A stretch of 54,920 nucleotides of DNA from a virus (IMGVR_UViG_3300025410_000024:1-54920), one strand, 5' to 3'; positions 34,746 through 46,400 are shown, counted from the first letter of the stretch. Numbers and translations are program-made. Notes: generated from the letters alone by a model not told the origin.

Positions 34746-37181
34746 TTATTTTGCCAAACCTGCTAATTTTAAAATATCTTCTTTTGGGTCCATTGCTTGT
34801 TTCATACCTTGTTTTGCTAAATGTTTGGCCATATTTTTATCTTTGATTGTATTTCCAAATTCATCTTTATGTGGGCCTGTATGTGTTGTATAAGGGGGAT
34901 TAAATGGAGGTGTTTCTTTTTTATCAGTTTTTTCTGAGTCTTGTTCACCTATGCCTTCTACTTTGGTTTTAATATTGCCTACTAATTCTTTTAAACGTGC
35001 TAGTCCATCTGTATGATCTACTGGACTAATTTGACCGTGACGTTGTTGCCATTCATTGGTAAGTTTTTCCATAAATGCTTCGGCCATTTTAGCAGCCTGC
35101 TCGCCTGCATCTTCTCCAAACTTTTCTGCAATAGCTTTTTTAACATCTAATGCAATACCTTCTTCTCCACGGAATGGGCCTACATTTGGGTTATCTCTAT
35201 TGTAAAAACTTTTAACAATTTTTGCTACTTCTTTGATCATTGCTTTTGGATCTGCATCTTCCATTGTGCCTACAGCATAACCATTCATACCTATATCATT
35301 ATTTTCAAATGCTGGCATAATTCCGTGAACTGTAGCAACACCCGATCCTCCTTGACCAGTAGGAGTTGTTTCCGTAGTCGGTTGTTCCTCTGGCGCACCG
35401 ACTTCTTGCGAAGCAGGTTCGGTTTCACTCATTCCTAATGCTACTGCTAATTCTGGATAATCTTCATTGGCCCAAATTTTAAAAACTTCAAGTGCATCAG
35501 TTGTAGAATCAACATTTGCCATATCTTTTAATTTTGTTTCTAAATCAGTGTCATCTAATCCAAATTCTTGAAAGAATTGAATAGCAGTTTGTCCGTCGAG
35601 ACCTAACTCTAATTCAGGGCCGCCTGATGTGCCTTGTGGTAATTGTAGTATTGCTTGTTTTAATTCTTCAATTTGATCGTTGGTTAATTTGCCTTGTTCT
35701 ACTGATTCGGCCCAAGATTCAAATGCATCTAGTTCATTCTCTTTAACTGATTCATCTGTTTCGGTATGACCGTGTATTAAACAATGTTCTTCACCTAACT
35801 CGTCACAAGTACACTCTGAACTTTCGCCTACATAAGTATCTAAATCAACCTTGTTTGCCTCGCTCATAATTTTATGCAACAGTGGGAAATATGCTGCCAA
35901 TTCTTCTTGGAAATTTGTTTGTGTAAATTTTTGTTTATATTCTTCCATAGCAACAGCATCTAGTTCAATGCTGTCGGTGACTGGTTCTTGAAATTCCGAC
36001 ATCCATTTTTCATAATGATGACGTTTACCTAATGCCTCAATTTGCGCCTTTAGTTCGTTAAGGCGGCCTATGGCTCGCTCTGTAATTCCTGTTGCATCAT
36101 CGTGCAAGGTGGCTTTGTGTATTTTTCTTTGAAATTCTTGTAATTGTGCGATTTGTTCGCTCATTTTAATAATTGCTTTGCCTGCTGGATCATGTGGAAT
36201 GCCACCGTGATCTACGTGTTGTGCCATGGCGAATGCACCAGCTGGGTGAATGAAAGGATATTTAAATCTTTCCCCATCGTGATTCTGAATAAAGATTGCC
36301 TTGATGTTTTTCTTTTGACTACGAGCACCTGGATACATTTCATCTACTGCTCGAGCATGACGAACAATAACTTCTGTTTGTCCTTTTACTGCACGGCTAG
36401 TTTTCTTTGTGCTTTTTTGATTCCAACGGCTTTCTCCTAGATGTTGCTGTGTCCTGCTTTTTAGCATCGATAATAATTTTTCAGCAACCTCTTCAGGATA
36501 ATCTTCGTATGCGCTACCTAAATCATATTGTAATTTATCAAATTCCTTTTGGATATAGCGACCAACAGGATGTGTTATAGAATCCCCGGCATCTACTATT
36601 TTCAAAATAGTATCACTATTAAATTCTGGGCTGTTTACTACTTTACCAACTTTTTGCATCAAGGCATTGTTATCAACACTAGGACTCATTCTTGATATCA
36701 AACGATCACGTGGAGTGTTTGTTAATTCGCGTCCAGCGTTTTCTGATACGCCTTTTTTGATTTTTTTAGTTTCGTTCATATTCATAGTAGGTTCTTCCTT
36801 GGGGCCTTGCGTAGTAGCAAGATGTTGAAAATCGTTTTTGTCAAGATTTGTTTTAGCAATGTCTCTAGTATCAAATCTCAGTAATCTTCGCATAGCAAAA
36901 AATCTCATTTCTTTTAAGAAACTGTACCACTCTTTTTTAGCAGGGTCATCTTGATTTTCTGTAATGCCTTGGCTATAGTAAACCTTTAGGCTACCTAGAT
37001 CGTTTAGGCTAATGCTAACACGGCCTAGATTGTTGCCTTCTAAGACAAAGTCAAAATCAAAGAAACGAGCCTCTGCGGGATCAATGGTAACTGCACCTGT
37101 TTCGTCGCCCATTTCTAAATTTGAGAAACGTGAGCGGACTTTGTCAAACAGGTCTTGGGAAATAATTTGAATAGGTTTCAT
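34746..37181 (-). CDS. large acidic putative head protein, possibly protease-processed
   Basis: 811 aa, late promoter 37187-37192, many hydrophobic-x-E sites. Confidence 0.7.
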   Translation of the reverse strand: MKPIQIISQDLFDKVRSRFSNLEMGDETGAVTIDPAEARFFDFDFVLEGNNLGRVSISLNDLGSLKVYYSQGITENQDDPAKKEWYSFLKEMRFFAMRRLLRFDTRDIAKTNLDKNDFQHLATTQGPKEEPTMNMNETKKIKKGVSENAGRELTNTPRDRLISRMSPSVDNNALMQKVGKVVNSPEFNSDTILKIVDAGDSITHPVGRYIQKEFDKLQYDLGSAYEDYPEEVAEKLLSMLKSRTQQHLGESRWNQKSTKKTSRAVKGQTEVIVRHARAVDEMYPGARSQKKNIKAIFIQNHDGERFKYPFIHPAGAFAMAQHVDHGGIPHDPAGKAIIKMSEQIAQLQEFQRKIHKATLHDDATGITERAIGRLNELKAQIEALGKRHHYEKWMSEFQEPVTDSIELDAVAMEEYKQKFTQTNFQEELAAYFPLLHKIMSEANKVDLDTYVGESSECTCDELGEEHCLIHGHTETDESVKENELDAFESWAESVEQGKLTNDQIEELKQAILQLPQGTSGGPELELGLDGQTAIQFFQEFGLDDTDLETKLKDMANVDSTTDALEVFKIWANEDYPELAVALGMSETEPASQEVGAPEEQPTTETTPTGQGGSGVATVHGIMPAFENNDIGMNGYAVGTMEDADPKAMIKEVAKIVKSFYNRDNPNVGPFRGEEGIALDVKKAIAEKFGEDAGEQAAKMAEAFMEKLTNEWQQRHGQISPVDHTDGLARLKELVGNIKTKVEGIGEQDSEKTDKKETPPFNPPYTTHTGPHKDEFGNTIKDKNMAKHLAKQGMKQAMDPKEDILKLAGLAK

Positions 37182-37194
37182 ACGCTTATTTATA

Positions 37195-38781
37195 TTAAAA
37201 TGTGTTTATATAAATGGGCAAAGGCATTATCCACTCATCCTCTACTTCTTCCCGCATTTTATCGTAAATTGCAGGATCCCATTCTTGTAATATAATTGCC
37301 ATACGTAGGGCAAGTAAAATACTACTAACTAGGTCATCGTGTGTTCCTGTTTTACCTGAAAAACTTATGCCTTTGGCAACAAAAGTTTTAAGTTCACTGA
37401 TCAGAGACTTTGAATTTAACTTCATTCTGTTGCTTTCGATAAGGTGTTTTAGTTTAGCACAGATAGAGATTTTACTGGTATGTGTTGTATTAAACCCTTT
37501 TCTAAATCTGCGGACGTGACCTTTCTTTATTGGTTCACTTAAAAATAATCCACGAATACTTTCCTCACCTATTTCATTGATAGTAACAAGTGCCGCTTCT
37601 CCTACAGTATTATTTTCAACAGAGTAATATAAACTTGCCTGCGATCCTTTGTCAGCACACTCTTTGTCAATAAAATTACAAATATCTCTTAGTATTCTAA
37701 CCTGCCCCTGTATCGGGGTAGTATTATGATGCCACTCTGCAACTTGTTCAAAAGATGGTAATTCTAATACCTGTATGGCCGCAGGATCTCCACCGGTGCC
37801 TAAACTAGGATCTAGTGCTACGATATATGTACGCTTGGGATCTATTTTTTTATACCAACGACATTGACCCATTTTCATAATAGGTTCTTTGCCTTCTAAG
37901 TCTGCTAATTTTATAGCACTTATAAGTGTTTCATCAAATACCAAGAATTCACAATCGTGTTCTCGACGGAAACGTTCTTCTCCAATACGACTACGTTCAA
38001 CTTCAGCCCAAGCTTCGTCTCGTTCAGGATGTTCACTCCAATGAGCCTTGAATGGAAAAAATCCATTTTTTCCTGTAAGTGTGCTGTTTCCGAATTCATC
38101 TGTACGCTTATTTGCTTCGTGCCATATTTGTGCAAATTGATCCTCGTCACTGTTAGGAGTGCTTGTAATAATTGCTTTACCACCAGTAGCAAGTGTAGGT
38201 GAAATTGAAGTCCAGAATTCACTGGCTACATTAGGCGGAACAAACGCAAACTCATCTGCGTATAGTAATGATAGTGACATACCACGACCTGTTGTTTCAG
38301 TTGTTGTCTGTGCTACAATACGACTACCATTTTCAAACTCTATACTTTGTTTGTTATAACTTGTACAACCTGCACGAATATGATCTGGACACATTTCGTA
38401 GGCATAACGAATACGTGCCATAATTTCCTGTGCGCCAGTATATTTGTGTGCGGCAATTAATATTGTACTATCTGGTATGAACATCGCAAACCATAATAGA
38501 TAACCTGATGCAGTAGTGGTCTTACCTGTTTGTCTAGGTAACAAATTTATATTAAATCTATGTTGGTGATAGCTGTCAATTAATCTACGCTGATATTCAA
38601 ATGCTTCGTATTTTAACTTACCTTTAACAGGATGTTGAATAAAGAAAAAATTGTCTAAAAAATGATGCGGACCATTAACAGGGTCCATACATTTACCCAG
38701 GTCAATAATATCTTGTTCAGTAAACTTTTGTGTACTGTGCGGACTTTTAACTAACTTACCGTCTAAATTTTTTGATCCCAT
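37195..38781 (-). CDS. terminase large subunit (gp17-like)
   Basis: PRQTGKT, LLYADEFAF, TSTPN, ALDPS.G.GGD, HDDLV. Confidence 0.96.
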   Translation of the reverse strand: MGSKNLDGKLVKSPHSTQKFTEQDIIDLGKCMDPVNGPHHFLDNFFFIQHPVKGKLKYEAFEYQRRLIDSYHQHRFNINLLPRQTGKTTTASGYLLWFAMFIPDSTILIAAHKYTGAQEIMARIRYAYEMCPDHIRAGCTSYNKQSIEFENGSRIVAQTTTETTGRGMSLSLLYADEFAFVPPNVASEFWTSISPTLATGGKAIITSTPNSDEDQFAQIWHEANKRTDEFGNSTLTGKNGFFPFKAHWSEHPERDEAWAEVERSRIGEERFRREHDCEFLVFDETLISAIKLADLEGKEPIMKMGQCRWYKKIDPKRTYIVALDPSLGTGGDPAAIQVLELPSFEQVAEWHHNTTPIQGQVRILRDICNFIDKECADKGSQASLYYSVENNTVGEAALVTINEIGEESIRGLFLSEPIKKGHVRRFRKGFNTTHTSKISICAKLKHLIESNRMKLNSKSLISELKTFVAKGISFSGKTGTHDDLVSSILLALRMAIILQEWDPAIYDKMREEVEDEWIMPLPIYINTF

Positions 38782-38795
38782 AATATTATTTAATG

Positions 38796-38823
38796 AAAAA
38801 AATAGCCTCCGAAGAGGCTATTT
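38796..38823 (-). terminator. rho-independent terminator
   Basis: Minus strand AAATAGCCTC-TTCG-GAGGCTATTTTTTT. Confidence 0.9.
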
Positions 38824-38844
38824 GGATTGTATTTGTTTTAACAA

Positions 38845-39699
38845 TTACATCTGAGGAGCAACATAACCGTGTGCGTTTTCCAAATCATACCAGGCACACA
38901 TCTTACCTTGACACATTGCTACAATTACAGGAGATCCTCGATCATCAATAGCATCTACTTGCAAACTTTTTTTCTTAAGAAAGTTTACAAAACTTTGTGT
39001 AGCCTTGTCATCATTGTCAGTGTAACGACCTTTGAAATTTGGTTCATTTCCGTTAACAAATTGTTCATAGTCTTGATCACCTCTAACACTATGCCATTCG
39101 TCACTGCCTGGAGAATTTATATGTGGAACACTTTCTGCAATGAATTTTTGATATTCGGCCATTAATGATTCATATGTAGCAGTAGGTTGTGTACCAATAC
39201 GTTTTTCACCATTACTTGTTTCACCTGCGCCACCTTGATTTTCGTGATTAGCAAATTCTTCAGCATCGAACGCATTTGCACTATTAGGATCAGCAGGAGT
39301 ATTATCCCAACTTTCGTCAGTTTCTTCCTCATCACCTTCTTCGTCATCCATATGAAGTTTATCAATTACTCCACGCATAACTTCGCCATCACTAGAAGAA
39401 GGACCAACTGATGCAACAGGTTCAGCTGTTAATGTCATTGGTTCAGGTTCAATACCTAAGTGCTCTGGCTCTACTTTCTGTAGCCCAGCAAGACTCATGA
39501 TATCTTTAAGCATACCGCTTAGTTCTTCACCGCTACCTGCTGTCATATTGATACTAGCAGGAGTGTGTGATTGTCCTGGCATTATACCCATTGGCCCACA
39601 TTCAGCTATATCTGAGCTTTCAGCAATAACTGCAGGTTCTGTAGTTAAACTATTTGAATCTAGTTCTGCAAGGCGTTTTAATACATCGATCATTTGCAT
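38845..39699 (-). CDS. acidic putative head/internal protein
   Basis: IAE sites; YQKFIAE followed by a distinct C-terminal module. Confidence 0.7.
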   Translation of the reverse strand: MQMIDVLKRLAELDSNSLTTEPAVIAESSDIAECGPMGIMPGQSHTPASINMTAGSGEELSGMLKDIMSLAGLQKVEPEHLGIEPEPMTLTAEPVASVGPSSSDGEVMRGVIDKLHMDDEEGDEEETDESWDNTPADPNSANAFDAEEFANHENQGGAGETSNGEKRIGTQPTATYESLMAEYQKFIAESVPHINSPGSDEWHSVRGDQDYEQFVNGNEPNFKGRYTDNDDKATQSFVNFLKKKSLQVDAIDDRGSPVIVAMCQGKMCAWYDLENAHGYVAPQM

Positions 39700-39703
39700 A
39701 ATA

Positions 39704-40333
39704 TTAATTTCCGTTAAGTGCTTTTACAACATAAGTTCCTTGATCTTTAGCGATAGGGCTAGTTGTATTCTGTGGAAAATCATTTGATGTTTTTCCTGGG
39801 TTTTTCATAATGTCATCTGGCGTAGGAGTAGGGATTTGTTCTCCCATTTCTTTACGTTGTAATTTCAAAATGTCATTTAATTCTTTTACAAATCCAGAAT
39901 TGTATTTGTCACCATAGTAATCTTCAAATTGTGGATTGCCAGCTTCTTTATAATCTGGATCATCTAATAAAGCACCTTCACGTTTTTCTGTAGGTGTTTG
40001 ATATTCTTCGCTTGGCTCGCCTGGACGACGAACCACTAGTTTTTGTTTACTAACACCTAATTCTGTGCTTAGGTATTCAGTTAGTTCTTGCTGTGTTGTA
40101 GGATAATCTAACGTAACTTCGTAGATGCTCACTTCGCAATTTCTAACCTGTGGAAAATCCAAAGGTAATGCTTGGATAGGAGTAGTAGCAGACTTTTTAA
40201 AACTGTTTAAGACATAACGTCCTAACAATGTTTTTAAAGAATCTTCTTGCTCGGTAGTAAAATCTCCGGCGATTTTAACGCGGAAAGGATACTGTTTTTT
40301 TGACTCGGATAGGTATTCTTTGAAGTTTTTCAT
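39704..40333 (-). CDS. putative head-associated protein
   Basis: N-terminal MKNFKEYLSE resembles the T4 capsid-targeting peptide. Confidence 0.65.
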   Translation of the reverse strand: MKNFKEYLSESKKQYPFRVKIAGDFTTEQEDSLKTLLGRYVLNSFKKSATTPIQALPLDFPQVRNCEVSIYEVTLDYPTTQQELTEYLSTELGVSKQKLVVRRPGEPSEEYQTPTEKREGALLDDPDYKEAGNPQFEDYYGDKYNSGFVKELNDILKLQRKEMGEQIPTPTPDDIMKNPGKTSNDFPQNTTSPIAKDQGTYVVKALNGN

Positions 40334-40339
40334 AGTAAG

Positions 40340-40816
40340 TTATTTATTCATATTTTTAATTTTTTCTAGAATGGAGTTACGGTCTGTAATAATAAACCCT
40401 TGTCCTTCTACAGTATTTCCGTCTCCGCCTTCCCCGTGCTTTTTATCAATAGCTAGCTTTTTTAGTTGTAAATCAACCATTTTTAGCTTTTTGTCAATTT
40501 TATTGGTTTTTGCTTGAATAGCGGCATTCATCATTTGCGCGGCTACTTCAAACATTCTAACACCGTGCCTAGGATCAACATTCATGCCTAAATCATATAG
40601 TGCATCGTAGGCTTCTTCTGCTTTCTTAGATAACGCATCTAACTCAGCATCGGCCATATCTCCTAGTCCTTGCACCCTAGGAAGTGCGGCAGCAATTTTG
40701 TCAAATTCTTCTAATTTATCTTGTAGATTTATTACAGGAACAGGAGTAGCTGTAGGAGGAATTACCAGCTCCTCATCAGGTGTTAGATCAAATAATTCTT
40801 CTAATTTTTTAGTCAT
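40340..40816 (-). CDS. terminase small subunit-like (gp16-like)
   Basis: Helical, PR...FEVA...; near terL. Confidence 0.55.
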   Translation of the reverse strand: MTKKLEELFDLTPDEELVIPPTATPVPVINLQDKLEEFDKIAAALPRVQGLGDMADAELDALSKKAEEAYDALYDLGMNVDPRHGVRMFEVAAQMMNAAIQAKTNKIDKKLKMVDLQLKKLAIDKKHGEGGDGNTVEGQGFIITDRNSILEKIKNMNK

Positions 40817-40824
40817 AATTGTAC

Positions 40825-41262
40825 TTATTTCTTTTTAGATCCTTGATGGAAAATATCCGATTCATTAATGACTCTAAATTTAATTCCTTGTTGTCTACAC
40901 CACGCACCTGCGGCTTCCCACTTTGCTATATTTTTTACATACTGTGCTTGATTGTATGAACTTTTTCCAACTTTTTCTACCATCATTTGATTGGCTGGTT
41001 TTATTTCTATTAGTTCAACGTGTTTTTTTAATTTTTTGTCAACGTATGTAATTAAAAAATCTGGAATGTATACTGTACTCTTTCCTGTTAACGGATCTCG
41101 ATATGGGATTTTAACACACTCACTGGCCCATTGTTGTACGCTGGGATTATTATCGCAAAAGCTCATAAATGTAAATTCCCAACTACTTCTATAAACAGGA
41201 TCTTTTGATCCTAGATATTTTTCAGGATTTTTTATTTTATAAATCCCTTGACTAAATTTCAT
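40825..41262 (-). CDS. head completion nuclease (gp4-like, TnsA fold)
   Basis: YRSSWE...WASE...IPY...YIPDF...IEIKP...KW.AA. Confidence 0.9.
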   Translation of the reverse strand: MKFSQGIYKIKNPEKYLGSKDPVYRSSWEFTFMSFCDNNPSVQQWASECVKIPYRDPLTGKSTVYIPDFLITYVDKKLKKHVELIEIKPANQMMVEKVGKSSYNQAQYVKNIAKWEAAGAWCRQQGIKFRVINESDIFHQGSKKK

Positions 41263-41633
41263 AACAATATATTTCTACCAATTTCTGGATTTGTTGCAAA
41301 CGGTGGTGCATATCCTAGTAGGCTTGTTTTAAATCTATTGTAGTTTATAATTTCTGCAACCAACGCACTAATTTCAACACTGTTTAATCCTTGCAATGTA
41401 TCCATAATTTGCAAAGGATTATAATTATCTTTTTGGGCCTGTTTTATTATGATGATAGCAACTGCCTCTGCCGAATTACTGTCAAACCCTCTAGAAGTAA
41501 AAAATCCTTTAATGGCATCGAGCACATTAGAATTAATTTCTAAAGGTGTTGAATACAATGTGTTAATAGCTTGTACAGTCAATGAATCACCGTTAATTGT
41601 GGTCGATGGTAAGTTTGTATACTGATTACTCAT
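41259..41633 (-). CDS. hypothetical structural-region protein
   Basis: ORF within tail operon. Confidence 0.75.
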   Translation of the reverse strand: MSNQYTNLPSTTINGDSLTVQAINTLYSTPLEINSNVLDAIKGFFTSRGFDSNSAEAVAIIIIKQAQKDNYNPLQIMDTLQGLNSVEISALVAEIINYNRFKTSLLGYAPPFATNPEIGRNILL

Positions 41634-41635
41634 TA

Positions 41636-42769
41636 TTATTTCTTTGTTGTTATATTAGATAGTAATGCGTTAGTGGTTCCGTCAGTGCTACGATTTGAAT
41701 ATATAGTAATTCCATTATTTCCAACACCGCCTGTGTTAGATACATTAGATGGCTGTGATAGTCCAGCGGCAATAGATCCTGCTAGTATACCCGATGCAAT
41801 GCTATATCCTTCTTTGGCAACACTAGACTTGTTAAGATTTCCAGCATTCTGTACCAATGTTTTTGCCTGTAATGCAACACCTAGATAATCTAATGGATTG
41901 CTTGCTGTTGCTAATAATCCATTTTCTCCAAATATTGTATTAGCCCCGTCAATTACTCCGCCTGGTCCAAAAAGATTTCCACTTCCGCCTATTCCAATTG
42001 GGCTAGGTGTAGTATCATAATATACCGGAGCGAATCCAACAGGACTTTTACCTCGAACAATCTTTCCTTTTTTATATACCACAGTCTCGTATGCTGTTTG
42101 CATTTTATTTGTTAATGTTCTACTATCTTCTTGGGAAACTGTATCGTGCGTCCATTCTGTAATCATAGGATTAACAAGAGTAATTTGCGTGAAATCTGCA
42201 ACACCGTGCCCTTTGTGCATAACGTAGATATCAATGCTATCAAAGAATGGAATAGATTGAAAATTATCTAAACCATATGCATAATTGTACTGCTTATATT
42301 TTGTATCTCCAAATTCTGTTACTTTTGATTTACCAGAGATAGAACCATACACGCTGTCCATATAATAATATTGATAATAATTTTGCCAGAGATCATTTGT
42401 TATATCACTATTATCATCATGAAACTCTATACTAACAGGACTATAAGTTAATTTTGTTTGTACAACAGTTTTTCTATTATACTGATTTAGTGTTTCTGTT
42501 CCTGTACTAAATTTAGGAAGCTCTATTCTTTTAACTAATAATCCAACATCTTTCCTTCCTTTTTCTAGCCAACTTTTATCAATTACTGCGGATGGATTGA
42601 TATTAAAATTAACAAAGTATAGAAAATTAACCTTAGGTGTTCGTGCATAATTATTACGAACATAAAGTCTGTCGGCGTGTTGGTAGTCTTTCATACTGGC
42701 ATTGCCGCCAGAATCGCCAAGTATTCCACTTGCCGCACTACCTAAAAAATTTGTGAATGCATTACTCAT
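41636..42769 (-). CDS. tail-tube-fold baseplate protein (gp54/gp48-like)
   Basis: VKRIELPKF...NQYNRK...YSPVSIEFHDD; adjacent to tube gene. Confidence 0.7.
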   Translation of the reverse strand: MSNAFTNFLGSAASGILGDSGGNASMKDYQHADRLYVRNNYARTPKVNFLYFVNFNINPSAVIDKSWLEKGRKDVGLLVKRIELPKFSTGTETLNQYNRKTVVQTKLTYSPVSIEFHDDNSDITNDLWQNYYQYYYMDSVYGSISGKSKVTEFGDTKYKQYNYAYGLDNFQSIPFFDSIDIYVMHKGHGVADFTQITLVNPMITEWTHDTVSQEDSRTLTNKMQTAYETVVYKKGKIVRGKSPVGFAPVYYDTTPSPIGIGGSGNLFGPGGVIDGANTIFGENGLLATASNPLDYLGVALQAKTLVQNAGNLNKSSVAKEGYSIASGILAGSIAAGLSQPSNVSNTGGVGNNGITIYSNRSTDGTTNALLSNITTKK

Positions 42770-42786
42770 AATAATATTTAGCCAAT

Positions 42787-42814
42787 AAAAAAGCCTGGGG
42801 TTTAAGCCAGGCTT
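42787..42814 (-). terminator. terminator after tail tube gene
   Basis: Minus strand AAGCCTGG...CCAGGCTTTTTT. Confidence 0.85.
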
Positions 42815-42830
42815 AGTAGAGCGTAATTGT

Positions 42831-43466
42831 TTAACCGCCGATAGCTAATGTACGTACTGTACGACCAACTGTTTCGCCGATTCCAACTGCATTTCCTGAA
42901 GAATCCACTTGTAGTGCATTGTCGTAACAGATTGATAGAGAAATGTCCATTGGATCTGTTGCGTTACTATAATCACCACCTTGGTATGTTGCTTGTTTAA
43001 TCCAACATCCGTGATATTCAAACGCTTCTAATACAACTGGCTCATACGCTCCGTTGCCCCCGTCTAATATTTCAACACGCATTAGGAACTTATAATCAAT
43101 ACCAGATGCGGCACCTGACTGCTCAAAGAAGTCAAATTGTTTCTGCATCTGTTCACCAACTTTACGTGTTACTGCATTAGTCACATCATCACGTAATGTA
43201 AGTGTTGCATCTGTAAAACTATGTTTTCCTGCAAGTTTTACTGTACTATTGTAAACAGCTAACTTGATTTCATCAAAACTAATTACAGGACGAGTTACGT
43301 TCATAACCTGTTTAGTAAGTTCTGTTGCAGGTGTACCAGCTATGCCAAATCCGTCTAAGGTAACGCGGAAACGATATCTTAGTTTTGGCATCAACAAACC
43401 TTGAGTATTAGAACTCTGATCTGTCGAAAGCGGTACTGTAAATCTACTTAAATTTGAAATTGGCAT
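42831..43466 (-). CDS. tail tube protein (gp19-like)
   Basis: RFRV...RP...KLAGK...TLRDD...GCW...YD; follows sheath. Confidence 0.88.
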   Translation of the reverse strand: MPISNLSRFTVPLSTDQSSNTQGLLMPKLRYRFRVTLDGFGIAGTPATELTKQVMNVTRPVISFDEIKLAVYNSTVKLAGKHSFTDATLTLRDDVTNAVTRKVGEQMQKQFDFFEQSGAASGIDYKFLMRVEILDGGNGAYEPVVLEAFEYHGCWIKQATYQGGDYSNATDPMDISLSICYDNALQVDSSGNAVGIGETVGRTVRTLAIGG

Positions 43467-43491
43467 TTAAATGCTCCTTGTTCTTTATTTA

Positions 43492-46400
43492 TTAGGCGTT
43501 AGTTCCAGGAAAACCAGCACCTAAGTTTCCACTTGCAATAGCACCGGTGTTAAGTATACGCAATGGAATATAAATGAATTCAACTGCTTTAACTGGTTCA
43601 ATAGCAATGTCTAACCATAGCTCTGAACGGTCTATTCTAGCTGGAGTATTATTACTTGTATCACATACAACAATAAAGTCGTAAAGAGCTCGTTGACCTA
43701 CTAATTCAATCAATAGGCTTTCGGCAGCGGCTTTAATTTCTCTACGTGTTTGTGCGTCATTTGGTTCAAACAAGAATGGTTTAGATAATATACCTAACTG
43801 TCTACGTAAGTACGCAATTAAACGTGCAACATTAATACGATCTAATGCAGATGCTCCATTAGAACGAGTGTATTGACCAAAGTTAACAATGCCAACTCCA
43901 GGAATTGTAGCAATAGGATTAATTTCTACGCTGTGTAAAGTATCTCTCAATCCTTCATAAATTGCTGTAGTTTTAAATGATCCTGTGCTATCAATATAAC
44001 CTACCGAAGTTGCATTATCAACAGTACCACGACGTGTACCAGCTGGAGCAAACCATTGATATGATTTAGCATCACTGTTTACAATTGTGCGTAGCATCAT
44101 ATGACTTGGAGGAACAACAATGTTATTTCCTTTGTTGTCAGTTGTATAACCACTTGGGTAGAACATAGACATATAATTGTCATAAGTTACTGCACCATCT
44201 TCACCGTTATCAAGCGCATTGGCAGTATTCTTACCCCAGTTGTACAATGTTGTTGCAGTTGGTGCTAATCTAAACGGAGTATCACCTACAACAAATGCTG
44301 TTTGACCTCTGTCTGTATTCAAAGCAACCATATTAGCAATGGTTTCCGTGTAACCAGGTGTTGCTATTAGATTATAAACTAATGTATCAGTATCACGGAT
44401 ATCTGTATTGGTATCAATTGTTGCTTTCATACGAGATACAATATAACCACGTTGTGCTAAACGACCAAATGTACCAACATTGTTATTATCATTAGGACTT
44501 ACTGTTACCCAACGATCTGTATTATAACCAGACATTGGATCATTTTCATACATAATATTTTCGCCATTATTAGCAAGAATATTGATATAACCTGCTACAT
44601 ATTTCTTAATGTTAAATCCAGAGCGACGTAAATTCCATAAGCGTGTACCTCTTGGATACAATGCTGGATCAACAACATCTGGGTCTACATAATTGCTAAC
44701 CAATAGATCAGCAATAGGAGTTACTGTTTCCATACTGTCTGCGCCTGCTGAGCTCCAACGAGCATCTGCAAATACCCATCCTGTAGGACTTGTATGATCT
44801 TCAACATCTTGTAGATCCCAGGTTAATGTAGAACCATTCCATATGTAAACATCTTTACCATAACGATCTATATCAGCTGTACTAACCCAAATATCGCCAT
44901 CCATTAAGTCTGTGCCATCACTTTGTGTCATAGGTGCAGTTGCACCAACAATAGGACCATTAGGATCTGTGTCAGGGAAAGCATTTAAATACCCAGTCCA
45001 TTGTGAACCATTGTGATACATAATGTCTACACTGCTTAAATTTGTATCATACCATAATGTATCATTGGCTGGTAATGTATATGGAGTTGTTGGCAATGCT
45101 TCGTACACTAATGGTTTCCAGTTTGTAGCAATAAACCCGTAACCATCTGATGCAGGTGCATTGTATAAGTTTGCTGTACCAGTCTTAGAAGACATATCGT
45201 AAGCAGTAAATCCTGCACTACTTAAAGGAGTGTTATCAAAGTCTGTAATTTCAATATCACCACCTAATGCGTGTGTTAATGTTACACGATTAGTTACTGC
45301 ATTAAATGAAGCAGTTACATTGATTAAACCCGATGTATTAACAGCCTGGGCCAACAATTGACCAACATAAGTTGATGTTGTACCTTGCCAGCTAATTGAC
45401 ATAGAGTCACTCCAGCTAGATGATTCGGCTAGTGTTTCTCTAATTGTAAATGAAGTTGTACCAGATGTATAGTTTGTAGAAGCCGCACTTGTAATTGTTG
45501 TAGGACTTGTTGCATTTCTGCGCCATACACGGAATTCTGCAACAGGAGTATCTTCGTTGATACCATAATGATCAGGATCTGTTTCTACAAAAATAGTACC
45601 TGTAGCAATGTTTTTACCACCACCTACTGAATCTAATTTTGATATAGCTTGTACTGTACTATTATATAAAGGAGCACTTACTGTTCCCCAGGTCTGTGTA
45701 GAACCATTATAATATTTTACAACCCAGTTCGAACCGTAACCGGGACTTGTTGTTTTGATCCAAACACTACCAGTTGTTGCTGTAGTTCCAGCAGATGTAA
45801 AATCTGGATATTGTGTGTGAGGAGAAACAACTACTTGTTTACCACCGTCAAATGTTTGACCAACTTCGGTCCAAGCGTTTGAAGATGCAGTTGTTTTATA
45901 CCATACTGCATTTGGATAGTTAGTGAAGTTATCTGAAGTAACAACTACAGCATAATCGCCTTGCTGACCAAATGAGTCAACTGGCACACCATCCATTAAC
46001 TCTGTAGCAGAATTGCTATCATCGATAATTAATGGAGTCTTAACTGTAAATGTATTTGTTCCGCTATTCCATTCGTTAATACCGAATAAACTAGATTTTG
46101 TATCTATCCAATAAGTACCAGACATAGGTGCCCCAGTTGGAACACTTGTGCTTCCTTTTAATGAACCTAGATCAACATCTGCACGAACTACATATGCACT
46201 CGAGCTTGCACCTAGCAAACTATAAGCGGCTTGTAAACCGTACTCGTTTAGTTCATTACCATGAAGTGGATTACCATTTGTATCGGTATAAAATAACGGT
46301 GTACCGAATGTATCGGTTAAGTCTCTCTGACTTGTTATTAACCAAACTTTTCCAGTATTGGCAGCAATCGTTCCTTGTGCTGTTCCTGTACCAGAAGCAT

